Of a DNA stretch of 64,000 nucleotides, positions 51,191 to 64,000 are shown one piece after another. The notes under the pieces are model-generated. The model ran no database searches. It saw nothing but the letters and a program-made list of their open reading frames with translations, and was not told the origin of the DNA. The translations under genes were made by a program, and so were the position numbers. Source of the DNA: Octopus vulgaris (Eukaryota). Location of the stretch: the NCBI GenBank assembly GCA_951406725.2, contig OX597816.1, positions 158,100,001 through 158,164,000 on the forward strand, written 5' to 3'. Positions within the stretch are counted from its first letter, which is position 1, and each line of letters opens with the position of its first letter.

Positions 51191-53380
51191 ACGTTGGCAG
51201 CCTTTTGCTTGTTTTGCATTAAGAAAGACATAGATGTGAGTTTTATAGATTAAGTTGATTAACAAAACTCAATTAGTAGAATCTACTCATCTGAGGCAAC
51301 AATACAATAAAGTCAATAAGTTCAGTGCAGCAAGTCATTACCTTAAGAATAAAATAGAATGTTTTGTTGTGTCTGGGGAGAGTCTTTCTCTTCTAGTGCA
51401 TTATTATTTAACACACTCACCAGTAAAGTTTCCATTCATTTACTAATTTATTTTTCTTAAAATTTTCGTTGCATCTTGCAACCTTTTCAATCTTGCAAAC
51501 CAAATCCAAAAACAAAATAAAATAGAATTTATCAATCAAGGAATCAGAACATTGTGTGGAATTATCTTCACTTTGAGACCAAACTTCCTGAACTCAGTTC
51601 AGGAAGGAAGCTTCTATGTTTTCAGTCGACCTACTAGAATTAGCAAGCAAATCTCCTCAAATTACCCTTGCTGTCTTTAAAAAAGAAGGAAGAACACATT
51701 GGATACTGTAGTTCTAGATTTCACTGTATAGAAAAAAAAATAATAAAAATGCAGGAGAGTTAGAGTAGTAATACATTTGATCGGATTTGATTAGGGGTTA
51801 AACAACAACACTCTGAGTTCAAACCAGTAAGGAAGTTTTTATGTTGTCATTAGACTTGCACACAATGGTTCACAGATTTCTCTCAACATATCCTACTTCC
51901 TGTCAATACTCTTATCGCTACCACCTGTACCAATACTTTAGACACCTCTGCTGGTACTCCTTTTTCAAGCAAAGCTACTACTCTTACCTTGTTTTTACAA
52001 CTAGGTGGAATCCAACACACTTCACGCTATAAACTTTAGTAGGAAGTTGCAAGACACAGAGAGGAAATTAAATGAAACAGTTCAACCTGTTTCATTTAAC
52101 CTTTTAAATCTTCTCTGGATGACAGCTTACCATTACAGTTCTAATACAAGACACTCTACAGAAAATATTGGTGGTAACAATTAAAACACAAACTCAATCA
52201 TAATGAAACAACAACGGAGACTCAATATGCTTGCATTTTAGTTAATGCATTTTAGTTAATGCATTTAAAGCAACAGAACAGCTTTAAAAAAAATGGGTGA
52301 TTACACTTGGATTGGCTTTGGTCATAGGTCTGCTCAATCAGGTGTGACTTGGTATTTATTAACATTATACATTATATATACTGATATCTAAGAAGACTAA
52401 AGGCCTGACAAAGCTCAACCCTCTCCAAACTGTAGATTTGACAGAAGCTGCAAGGTTTGGAAAGGAGACAGGCTGGATGGTCGCAGCTTGAACACCTTTG
52501 ATACGTCTACACAATCAGGCTTGACCTAGGGCTATAAAGAGCACCAAATTATGAAGTTCAACCCAGACTGATCTTCAATCCAACAAGGAAGTCTCTGTAT
52601 AGTTACTCAACCTGCTAAAAATAGCAACCAAACTGTCCTTAAATTATACACTACCCTCATAAAATATATGATACCTAAGATTATATAGGATAATGTAGTA
52701 TTAGACATAGGATTTCTGAAGAGAAATAAGATGGGATGGCCATGGCTGAAACACTTTTGCTTATATATCTGATCAATCAGGGCTGGCATAAATGTAAACA
52801 ACAATAAGTAAATCTATTATTTCTCATAGACTATCAATATGTCTTAATAATAAATTCTCAGATGTAATAACTTTCTCTGACATCTTGTAAATGATGACTG
52901 ATGTAGTGAAAACATAAAGTAAAGGTACTAGTAAAACACCAGATTTAAACAGTGTATTATTGGTTTAATCGACTGCTTGTCTCCACAAAAGAAATTGATC
53001 ACCAAGCATCAATAGACTCTTAGTCTTATTGTAGAGAGAAAGACACAAGAAAGACTCAAAAACAAAAAAAAATATCAGAAAGGGAATGAAATAAAGAGAA
53101 CGGATATATCCATCTTTAAATTTATAAAGAGAAATCAAATTCAAAAATAAAAGTTTATTTTGATATAGAGAGAAAAAAAAAGATGTGAATCTTGCTTCAG
53201 GCATGACTATGTGGTAAGAAGTTTGCTTTTCAACCACATGGTTCTGTGTTCAGTTTCACTGTGTGGCACCTTAAGCAAGTATCTTTTATAACTTGGGACC
53301 AACCAAAGCTTTGTGCCTGGAATTAATAGACAGAAACTAAAAAAAAGTCTGCTGTAAATATGTAAAATATATATATATAT

Positions 53381-53632
53381 TACACAAAATTATTAACCAT
53401 TACACGAACAACCACCTTGAGCACCTTTTTGAGCTCCATGTGTCTAACACATGTGGGCATGCCTACAAAGTCAGAAAACAGCACAGCTCCCATGACTTTC
53501 AGAAACATTTTTTCATACTCAGAGTTACTCAGAGTTGCTGAAGCATGGAACAAACTACCTGCATCAGTTATTAATTGCTGAGACATTGCATCCTTTAAAA
53601 CCTCCATGCTTCCTGAAATTCGCCAACACTAT
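53381..53632 (+). mobile_element. CR1-clade 3' fragment inserted in the (TA)n of a family A SINE (~53195-53735)
   Basis: HKIINHYTNNHLEHLFELHVSNTCGHAYKVRKQH...FFILRV..AEAWNKLPASV. Confidence 0.8.
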
Positions 53633-54244
53633 ACCTGTTTACATCCCCAAAATTTAGTGGTTTGGCAAAAGAGACCACTTGAATAAGTACCAGACTTTAA
53701 AAAATATAGTACTAGAATCAATTTGTTTGACGACACATGATAAAAAATAATACAAAATATTAACCCATTAACTGTATTTAATATGCAAAATGCTTTCCTG
53801 AACCATTGTCCAGAAATTGCCATCAACTGATCTAATTGGAGTTATTTCTCTTGTTTTTAGCTCTTTTAAACACTCCAAGAGAGAGATTTTTGTCTACAAA
53901 TTGTTTGGATAATTTCAGTGGATCAGGATTTTTTGTCTAAGTATATTATATATGCAAGACCCTACTGTATATGTACGTAGCCAATAAGCCATATTAGAGA
54001 AGTGGAAAACAATAGATGATAATCAGATAAACTAGAAGGGAAAAAAGCAGAACAACTATGATTCAGCAGACTTGTGATCAAAGATATTCCAGACATGACC
54101 ATACTCTCATTTATTCACACAATGTCTCCAGAACCACATTATTTAATACATTCTTGTTTGAAGATCATGGACTACAATTTGAGAGAACTATGATGGTAGC
54201 ATTGATAGTATTAGTAATGGTGGTGGTGGTGGTGGTAGTGGTGG

Positions 54245-54440
54245 TCTTATTTAGCCCCAGATCAGTCCTGATCCAGTAAATCTATGATCAAAGATAGTTC
54301 AGCTGTGCACCCCATTTTTTTTTTTTGTTTTCTTTAAATATAATGTATCTAGGTCTACAATATTTAATGTATCTTCCTTTTTAAGACTGCAGGGAATTAT
54401 TGGCAGAGAAATGACCGATATTCGTAGTATATCAAAAAAC
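54245..54440 (+). repeat. Abundant unclassified repeat (TTTAGCCCCAGGTCAGCCCTGATC...); >10 copies in both orientations, e.g. 105, 6675, 12895, 16800, 21000, 30800, 46203, 48655, 52600
   Basis: Recurrent homologous blocks with a (TTG/CAA)n end. Confidence 0.7.
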
Positions 54441-55027
54441 TATTCAGACACAGATATTCTCTCTCTTTTTCTCTCTGTGAGCATGTTAAATTAAAATCTA
54501 AATAGACGGAAAAAAATTTTCCCATCAAGAATATCAGCAGAAAAGTAGTTTAATTGGGAAAATTTTTGTCAGTGCTAACAAAAAATAAAAAGAAATATAT
54601 AAAAAAAAGGAACTCATGACGATATAAATAAACATGTTTAAAAAAGTATAGATGTTTAAAGAAGTATAGATGAAATATAACTTACGGGAAAAACTCACTG
54701 ATAATAAAGTAATGGGAAAATGTGTGTCTGTGTGAATGTCTACAGCATTTGTGATTGTCTGCACATATACACATACATACAAATGATTTGTATGTTGTGT
54801 CTGTGTGATGATTTTGCAGCTTGTTTACACTTTGTAATGTGCATATATGTAGTTTGTACGCATGTAGTTAAGTTGACTTGTGTGAAAATATCTAAGTCTT
54901 CATCTACATTTATGTCGTTTTTGTAATCTTGTGTGCACTTGGAGTGTGTCACTTATTTATTACATATATGAACATATATGTATTCTTTGTATATATGTAT
55001 ATATGTTTATGTCGGCTCAGTGGTTAC

Positions 55028-55209
55028 CGATGATGTTGACTTGTTCTTCTTTTCGGATTATGGCTGCTGTTGCTTAGTGAGTGGGATTGACTCAGTGCAC
55101 AGCCTTTCCTCACTTTAAAAAAATCTTCTTGCACAGGCATTGCACGATAACAACATTGTTCATGATTGTTGATGGTGCTGCGAGTCTCTACTGAATGACT
55201 GGCTGTAGT
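55028..55209 (-). CDS. Candidate internal coding exon of an unidentified host gene (TTASHSVETRSTINNHEQCCYRAMPVQEDFFKVRKGCALSQSHSLSNSSHNPKRRTSQHHR)
   Basis: Minus-strand acceptor TTTTCTTTGCTTTTTAAG and donor CG|GTAACC; 182 nt open in phase 0 to 2; more GC-rich than its flanks and not repeat-derived; the ORF stops just past the donor. Confidence 0.45.
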
Positions 55210-56808
55210 CTTAAAAAGCAAAGAAAAGTTACATTCGATCACAGCACCAATAACAGTTAAGCTTCATGCAATGGCCATACTCGATAACGAGGGGGCAGCC
55301 ATCATATATGTTTATGTACAATATATACATGTGTAGATATATGAGCCTATCAAACGTATGAGTGCATAAGTATAATTTAGAAGTGTGTATACATTCCTGT
55401 GCAGATATGTCAATGCAAAGCATGCAAGAATGTCTATATGCCTGCATCTGTATGTTCCCATTATACATATGTGCATGCATGTCAACAATTGTGTGCATGC
55501 ATGTCAGTAATTGAGTGCATGCATACATTGCAAGATGAGGGCCGAGTTGTAGACAGATGGATTATGTATTCTACAAAAGTGGTTCTTACTTAGAATGTAT
55601 GATTGCAACGGAGCCAATAAAACAGGGATTCCAAAGGTTTTCTTACAACACATTTTCACTCTTTAATATTCAGATTACTCTATCAAACATAATACTTTTT
55701 TATTCACATTGTTTTGAATTAATCCTGCATTATCTCATAGCTTCAAGATCCTGATGATATGATTGTTTATTTTTAGACTGACATTATTGGATAGGTGTGA
55801 AAGGCCAGATCTGGATGGTTTGAAGATAAAACAGATATGGCTAGTTTAAATGCTACAGGATTAAAGTAAATATAATTACTCTGCCACACTTCATGCCTAA
55901 AGTAAAAAAAAAATGTATCTAAAAAAATAATCTATTTATGTATATTATATGCATAATTATATAAATAATTTAAAATTATAAAAAATTAAGTACTTCCATC
56001 TGTATTCTGTAACTGAAGCATAATCATAAAGACTTTATATTTTGAATTTCAATTTGCATTTTACACAGTTTAATTATAATCTTATTTTTTTAATGCTACT
56101 TCTAGGTACACACAAGTGCCATAAAATACTGGGAACCACAATAATAAAGGATAATGAGAGCCCTTAAGAAAACAACAATGAAATGCTAGGGGACAAAAGG
56201 CAGCAGTAGTGCAGTTTATATACTAAAAAACATGCATTTTATGAATGAAAATTCACTGAATAGACAAATGAGTACACCAATGCTAAATCTGGTGACCTAA
56301 AAAGAAAGACCTACTGATCACAAGAGATAAACAAATTTGTAAATTTATAAATCTGATAACAAAAATAAGTTTATAAAATTCTTAAAAATAACAAAGGAAA
56401 GTGTGATGGTCTGATGGAAAGGATTAGGGCCAGCTGAGAGCATAGAGTGTACAAATGAAAAACATACTACCCATAACTATCACACATTGTAAAACTAGAA
56501 CCAGGAAATTATATTTATCAGCGATTATTACAAAATGAGAAGTTATAATCACCAAAATCAATTACATCAATTATATCAAAATAATTAAATTATTTAGTAG
56601 TATTTATAAAATATGGTTTCCAACAGTGTTACTAAGCAACTGACAAATTTTTACATGCTGATCTATTCAGACAGAATTTCATAATTTAGTTAAATTAATT
56701 AAACTAAAGAGAAATGTTCAGACTATTAATTTTCTTTAGAATGTATATCAACAATATATTTCTACACAAGATTTTTACTCATTTGGTGTCCAATCACCTT
56801 CAGGTGAT

Positions 56809-56849
<41 letters not shown>

Positions 56850-58187
56850 ATGTATGAGGCACAAGTGCTAGATAAAAATTCTTAAATGTAATAATGCAAA
56901 TATTCTACTTTATTTTATTACATTCTATTTTGTTTCATTTCCTTGAAAAATCTGAAAACTTTCTACAGCTCTATATAAGTAAATTATGGGAACAATTCTT
57001 TCATTTCTTCAGACTAACCTTATTACTAATATACTATTCAATACACCACCCGAAACATTTTATTCCTTTATATGCACATACACACATATATGTGTGTGTG
57101 TATAGAAAGAGAGATACATACACATGGTCCAAGACCAATCAAATTGATGGAGGATTGACCAAACTACGGTCATTTTCTAACAGAATGTATAAACCAAAAC
57201 TACTGGTCAATGTACAAATTTATAAAACCCCAAATTATTCACAAATGAGTTGCTTAATGACAACAATATAGATATAAATATGTGAATATACACTCTAAAG
57301 TTGTTGTTAATAGTAATTTTATTAACTCACACGTTAGATATATTTAGAAATTTAATGAAATAGTTACTTGCAAAATGTCTGTCAGATTTTTTTTTTTTAA
57401 ATCATCACTGAATAAAATCTATCAATTAAGTTCAATTAACTTTCTTGATAAATAGTTACTAAATATAGTATCTAATGACTGTTGCGAAATTACAAGCAGA
57501 CTTTGAAAAACTGATATAATAAGGTTCGAAAAAACCAATATCAAAAGGCCTAAATTCATCAATTTTGTTAAATTAGTTGTAATTAGACTGTGAGTAAATT
57601 TTGAAGCTAATTGTAACTGTTTCAAATTTTATTTTATGTGCAAACTATCATTATGAGAAATGAATTTGTTACAAAGTTGTAAGAGAGAGAGAAAGCATGA
57701 AAGACCAAATGGACAATTGAGGGAGAGGTCGGTGTTCATATCTTGTCGTATCGACTGTGTTGTATTTATAAACAAGGAAACATGTTTCTCCAATGCCTCA
57801 GTCCCACTAGCTGCAACTAGACACCTCAGAGGGAAACAATTCTAATAGTAAGGAAAAGCAGTACCAATGAATATCTCCATACTTCACCAGTCTACATACA
57901 GTGCTGAGTTGAACTCTTTTAGGCTTGGAAAAGCAACAGATGCCATTCCAACAGCTGACCTTAGACCAGATACACTGCAATCAACTCAGTCTCCCTTATT
58001 AGGACCCAGACCCCAACTCCGGTTCTGATCACAGGTTGCATGTTTTAAATAAAGTGTAGTAATCCATCCTATATTAAAAGAAGTAGCAAGTAAAACTCCC
58101 AATAGGAGGAGGCGCTTTAAAGGTTACTCGTGGAAAAACCCAGAAAAACAACGGGTGCTTGATCAACAACAACAATAATAATAATAA

Positions 58188-58955
58188 TCCTTTCTACTAT
58201 AGGCACAAGGCCTGAAATTTTGGGGGAGGTAGCAAGTAAATTACATCAACCCCAGTGTTCAAGTGGTACTTATGTCATTGACCCCAAAAGGATGAAAGGC
58301 AAAGCCAACCTTGATGGAATTTGAACTCAGAACATAAAAGCAGAAATACCACGAAGCATTTTTGTCCAGCATGTTAATGATTCTGCCACTTCACCATCTT
58401 AAGAGCAATAATACTAATTCTTTCAAATCTTGGCACAAGGCCAGCAATATTTTTCAGGTTGGTTATATCAACCCCAGTGATCAACTGGTACTTATTTTAT
58501 CAACCCCGCCCCAAAAGAATGAAAGGTAAAGTCAACCTCAGTGGAATTTGAACCCAGAACACAAACAGCCAGAAGAAATGGTGCTAAGCATTTTGTCTGG
58601 TGCATTATTAACTGGTGTCAGCACACTGCCATAATAACAATAATAATAATTAATAATAATAATAATAATGATGATGATGATGATAATAATGATAATGATG
58701 ATAATAATAATAATAATAATAATAATAATCCTTTCCACGATAGGCACAAGGCTTGGATTTTGTGGGGAGGGAGACAGTTAATTACATAGACCCAAGTGTT
58801 TCACTGGTACTTAATTTATCGACCCAGAAAGGATGAAAGGCAAAGTCGACCTCAGTGGAATTTTAACCCAGAACATAAAGAGCCAGAGGAAATGGTGCTC
58901 AGTATTTTGTCTGGTGCATTATTAATGCGGTGAGCTGGTGCCAGCACACTGCCAT
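58188..58955 (-). mobile_element. Cluster of three family B SINEs separated by (AAT)n
   Basis: Repeated family B bodies in minus orientation. Confidence 0.88.
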
Positions 58956-59521
58956 AATAATAATAATAATAATAATGATAATAATAATAATAATCTATTT
59001 CAGATTAATAAGTGGCTATAATACAAAAGATAAGTACTAACATAGCATCGAAGATGGCAGAAGCATTATTGATTTAAAGTACTTCCATAGACCATAAAAA
59101 TGAGCAAGATGGGTTTGGGTATGAGGTAGACGGGGGGGTGGGGGGGGGGGAGAATTTCGCCATCACTCTGCAACCCCCATCCCCACCCTACCCCCCGCCA
59201 CTACTCTCCTTGCTTTCAAAGAGAGCAAGGCAAGTAAGATTTTAAGAATTTCTATTCAACTTGTCTGCTTTCTGATTCAAGAAATTTATAGATTTAGTTT
59301 AGAGAGCTACACTAAATAAATGACTTCACTTTCTGGAAAAGAAATGGAGAATGAGAATTTGAAAACCTGCATGTCGTTCCAAAGATGATTAATAATGTTA
59401 CTCAAGTGGTTTTTGACTGCATTATTTTTTTTTTACATCTTTCAGAGAATGACATGAATGTCACCTCTACATGTGTGATTAGTCAAAAGAAACCATTATT
59501 ATTATTATTATTATTATTATT

Positions 59522-59591
<70 letters not shown>

Positions 59592-59593
<2 letters not shown>

Positions 59594-59952
59594 GCAAGCA
59601 GGCAGAATCATTAGCACGCCAGGCAAAATGCTTAGCAGTATTTTGTTTGCCGCTATGTTCTGAGTTCAAATTCTGCCTAGGTCGACTTTACCTTTCATCC
59701 TTTCGGGGTCAATAAATTCAATACCAGTTGAGTACTGGGGGTCGATATAATTGACTTACCCCTCCCCCAAATTTCAGGCCTTGTGTCTATAGTAGAAAGG
59801 ATTATTATTATTATTTTTATTAAAGAAGCAAGCTAGAAGAATCGTTAGCCTGCTGAAGATGCTTAGTGGTATTTTGCCTGTCACTACATTCTAAGTTCAA
59901 ATTATGCCAAAGTTGACTTTGCTTTTCATCCTTTGTGCCTATAGTAGAAAAG

Positions 59953-59987
<35 letters not shown>

Positions 59988-60400
59988 GGCAGCAGTGATC
60001 TAGCAGAAGCGTTAGAGCGCTGGACAAAATGCTTTGCGGTATTTTGCCTGTTGCAAAATAAGGCGGCAAGCTGGCAGAATCGTTAGCACGCTGGGCGAAA
60101 TGCTTTGCGGTATTTCGTCTACCACTACGTTCTGAGTTCAAATTCCACCGAGATCGACTTTGCCTTTCATCCTTTCGGAGTCGATTAAATAAGTACCAGT
60201 TATGCACTGGGGTCGATATAATCGACTTAATCCGCTTGTCTGTCCTTGTTTGTCCTCTCTGTGTTTAACCCCTTGTGGGTAGTAAAGAAATAGGTATTTT
60301 GCCTGTTGCTATGTTCTCAATTCAAATTCCTCTGAGGTTGACTTTGCCTTTCATCCTTTCAGGGGTTGATAAATTAAGTACCAGTGGAGTACTGGGCTCG
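59592..60400 (+). mobile_element. Cluster of family B SINEs, including a young B1 copy (60055-60292) with a 17-bp TSD
   Basis: GGTATTTTGCCTGTTGC at 60038-60054 and 60293-60309. Confidence 0.88.
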
Positions 60401-60762
60401 ATCATATTGGAGCCTGGTGCAGCCTTACAGGCTTGCCAGTCCTTGGTCAAACTGTCCAATCCATGCCAGCATGGAAAACGGACATAAAACAATGATGATT
60501 GTTATAATCATTATTATTAAAACAGTAGATTGACAGAATCACCAGAATGTCATTTAAAAAAAGCCATGTGTCATTTGTCCCAGCTCTTAAGACTCTGAAT
60601 TCAAATCTCTTTGAGACTAACTTTGTCTTTTATCCACTGGGGTTGATTAAAATGGAGTACCATTGAAGTTATAGCGCCAATTTGACTCATGCCACTGCCT
60701 CAAAGTTGTTGGCCTTAAGTCTAAATTAGAAAATTTAGATGAAGCAGTTCTTATATTTCAAC

Positions 60763-61211
60763 TTAACCCTTTAGTTATTGTATTTATTTTGAGATGCTCT
60801 GTGTTTCTTTCAGTTACTTTAAATATAACAAAGTGTTAGGAACATAAATTGTGATTAAGATTTGGTGGAAGATTTTAATTCAGAACTTTTGAAAACAAGA
60901 CATTTGTACTACAGATCCAAAGGCAGTTTCAGCCGGGTTAGTATCAAAAGGGTTAAGAATTCTTTCTCTATTATAAATTTTAACCCTTTTGTTACCATAT
61001 TTCTGTTGAGATGTTTTGTGTTTCTTTCAATTAATTTTAAATATAACAAAGAATTTAGTAAAATAACAACTTATATATCATTAAGCTAGTGTTAGGAGCA
61101 TAAATTGTGATTAAGGTTTGGTGGAAGATTTTAATTCAAAACTTATGAAAACAAGACATTTGTACTCAGAGCCAGAGCCAGTTTCAGCGGGGTTGGTAAT
61201 GAAAGGGTTAA
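60763..61211 (-). mobile_element. Second copy of the TTAA MITE dimer
   Basis: Reverse complement of 9622-10094, including the spacer. Confidence 0.87.
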
Positions 61212-61244
61212 GGTATTGCCTTTCATCTGCCTGAAGGACTGCAA

Positions 61245-61935
61245 GATGAGGGAATGCTAGAGTAAAGAATGCGAGACGAAGGAAATGCGAGATGAAGGAA
61301 ATGTGAGACAAAGGAAATGCGAGATGAAGGAAATGTGAGATGAAGGAAATGCGAGACGAAGAGAATGCGAGACGAAGGAAATGCGAGACAAAGGAAATGC
61401 GAGACGAAGAGAATGCGAGACGAAGAGAATGCGAGACGAAGGAAATGTGAGATGAAGGAAATGCGAGACGAAGAGAATGCGAGACGAAGTGAATGCGAGA
61501 CGAAGTGAATGCGAGACGAGGGAATGTGAGACGAGGGAATGCGAGATGAAAGGAATGCGAGACGAAAGGAATGCGAGACGAAAGGAATGCGAGACGAAAG
61601 GAATGCGAGACGAAAGGAATGCGAGGCGAAATGAATGCGAGGCGAAAGGAATGCGAGGCGAAAGGAATGCGAGGCGAAAGGAATGCGAGACGAAAGGAAT
61701 GCGAGATGAAAGGAATGCGAAATGAAAGGAATGCAAGACGAAAGGAATGCGAGACGAAAGGAATGCGATACGAAGGAGTGCAAGATAAATGCGATTCAAG
61801 GAATGCAGGAAGAAAGAATGCAATGCAAAGAATGTGATTCAAAGAATGCGAGAAGAAAGCAAGTGGAAAGAAAGAATGTGACGCAGAGAATGCGAAGTAA
61901 GAATGCAATGCGAAGAATTCAACAGAAGGAATGAG
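61245..61935. repeat. Minisatellite, ~16-bp unit GGAATGCGAGACGAAA, degenerating rightwards
   Basis: About 30 clear units between 61265 and 61775. Confidence 0.95.
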
Positions 61936-62319
61936 AAGGAGGGAGAAATGTGAAAGAAAATGAATGGAAAAGAAAATTTTCAAAAACGTTGCTTTTAACA
62001 AACATTGATAATACAATATTAAAAAAAAAACTGCTGCACGTGTTATCGAAAGATTAAGACTTTTCCATGTAAAAACATGGTTTTATTTTATGAATAAATT
62101 TGAAACTTAATTTTCCAATACTTTCCAGTTAGTTAAATTTACTTTCAAAATAACTGGAGCATTACATTGCATCCTGCCACCCTGTATCACTCTATTAACA
62201 TCATCACTAATTAGTTAAAAAGCGATTACTTTTTTTCGCTTTCTACTGCCAACTCCATCAATGCAGAGATGTTGTTGTTGTTTTGCTTTTATTTCCATTA
62301 TTATCATTATCATCATCAG

Positions 62320-64000
62320 AACATCAAGCTAGCAGAATCATTAGCATGCCAAACGAAATGCTTAGCAGCATTTCATCTGTTGTTGTGTTCGGAGTTCAAT
62401 TTCCATTGAGGCTGACTTTGCCTTTCATCATTTTGGGATCAATAAAATAAGTACCAGTTGAGCACTAGGGGGTCGATGTAATCGACTTACACCCTCTCCT
62501 GAAATTACTGGCCCTGTGCTAAAATTTGAAACTATTATTATTATTATCATTATATTCAAGGCATTAAGACGGCAGAATCTTTAGCACGCCAGGCAAAATA
62601 CTTAGCAGCACAGGCTTTACATTCTGAGTTCAAATTCCGCTGAGGTCAGCTTTGCTTTTCATCTTTTCGGAATTGATAAATTAAGTACCAGTTGCATACA
62701 GGGGTCAATATAATCAACTAATCCCCTCCCCCAAAATTTCAGACCTTGTGCTTATAAAAGATGATGATTATTATTATTATTATTATTAATATTATTATTT
62801 AGGGTGGCAAGCTTGCAGAATCATTAGCATGCCAGGCAAAATGCTTAGTTCAAATTCAGCCAAAGTCAACTTGGCCTTTCATCCTTTTGGGGTCGATAAA
62901 TAAAGTACCAGTTGAGAACTGGGGTCGATGTAATCGACTATGCCTCTCCTCCAAATTTCAGGCCTTGTGCAGAGGTCGACATTGAGCACCGGGGTCAATG
63001 TAATCGTCTTACCCTTCCTGATTGATAAAATAAGTACCAGTTGCACACTGGGGTTGAAGTAATTAACTAGCCCACTCCCACTAAAATTTTAGGCCTTGTA
63101 CCTATTGTAGAAAGGGTTATTACTATTATTATTATTATTATTATAAAGAAAGCAGTGAGCTGGCAGAGTTGTTAGCATGCTGGACAAAATGCTAAGCAGT
63201 ATTTTGCCTGTCACTATGTTTTGAGTTCAAATTTCGCTGAGGTCAACTTTGCCTTTCATCCTTTCGAGGTCGATAGATTAAGTACCAGTGAAATTCTGGA
63301 GCCAATATATGTGACTAGTCCCCTTCCCCAAAACTTTAAGCCTGGTGCCTATAATAGAAAGGATTATTATTGAGTTAGAGAGCAGTGCATGCCATTGAAA
63401 TGACACTGGAATAATATATACGAAACCCAGTATTCCCATCATGACTACCTGTCTGATAAGGGACATGCATCACAACCCTATGTGCACGACATGGTGATCT
63501 CATATCAAGATAAACAGCACATAACCTTACAAGGTTTGTTTAAGGATTTTGAACAAAACAGCCATGTTTCCAGGGGTGAATTATCCGAACTCCAAAGAAT
63601 TCCTCTTAACACATGGTGCTTCCCCAATATTTCTGCTTGTGATCAGAGATGCACATATCATCAGCCACTAAGAGACATGCTCAACTGGTTACGGTCAAAC
63701 AACTGACAAGTAAATCTGTGGTATTGAGCAGAATATTTACTATACACCATCTTTTATACCAAGACAAAACAATGTACATAATAACACTTTCCAGTCAATT
63801 AAGATCAAAAGCCATGAGAGATTAATATTATTATTATTATTATTATTGGGGCAAGCTGGCAGAATCGTTAGTGCGCTGGATGAAATGCTTAGCAGTATTT
63901 TCACCCGCCACTCTGTTCTGAGTTCAAATTCCACTGAAGTTGACTTTGCGTTTCATCCTTTCGAGGACGATAAATTAAGTATCAGTTGCATACTGGGGTC
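62320..64000 (+). mobile_element. Array of at least five family B SINEs in (ATT)n tracts, plus an inverted unclassified repeat at ~63365-63820
   Basis: Repeated heads GGCAGAATC(A/G)TTAGCA and family B bodies. Confidence 0.85.

Noticed and set aside
57890-58028. ~45-codon open frame on + after an acceptor-like CTTCACCAG
   Set aside because: Weak donor, no recognisable motif, and opposite to the inferred host strand
61245-61800. CRISPR-like array
   Set aside because: Repeats are contiguous with no unique spacers, there are no cas genes, and the context is eukaryotic
61111-62016. 301-aa and overlapping ORFs with SHSFRLAFLSSRIPF repeats
   Set aside because: Translation of a stop-free 16-bp minisatellite; open in several frames on both strands

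Overview
AT-rich eukaryotic DNA packed with (TA)n, (CA)n, (AAT)n and (GAT)n microsatellites and interspersed repeats. The repeat families look like those of Octopus (coleoid cephalopod); this is recognition from memory, not a database hit. The only long real ORF is a near-complete RTE-clade LINE (~35.65-39.16 kb, +) with an APE endonuclease, a reverse transcriptase, an embedded C4HC3 zinc finger and one late frameshift. The rest is tRNA-derived SINEs (my labels A, A2, B and V), RTE and CR1 3' fragments, Tigger and Tc1 relics, TTAA and TA MITEs, a small non-coding LTR element, Penelope-type segments with hammerhead-like motifs and a 16-bp minisatellite. Almost all short ORFs in the track are microsatellite or repeat artefacts. 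The window looks like intron sequence of a large minus-strand gene. There is one plausible 182-nt coding exon (55028-55209) followed by several phase-compatible small or micro-exon candidates, which could be chance matches without RNA data. The most notable structural observations are composite MITE dimers moving as units, a SINE inserting at a fixed site in its own family and then moving as a dimer, and several near-perfect foldbacks. I cannot claim a clearly novel biological system from sequence alone. Repeat boundaries are approximate unless a TSD or TIR is quoted.
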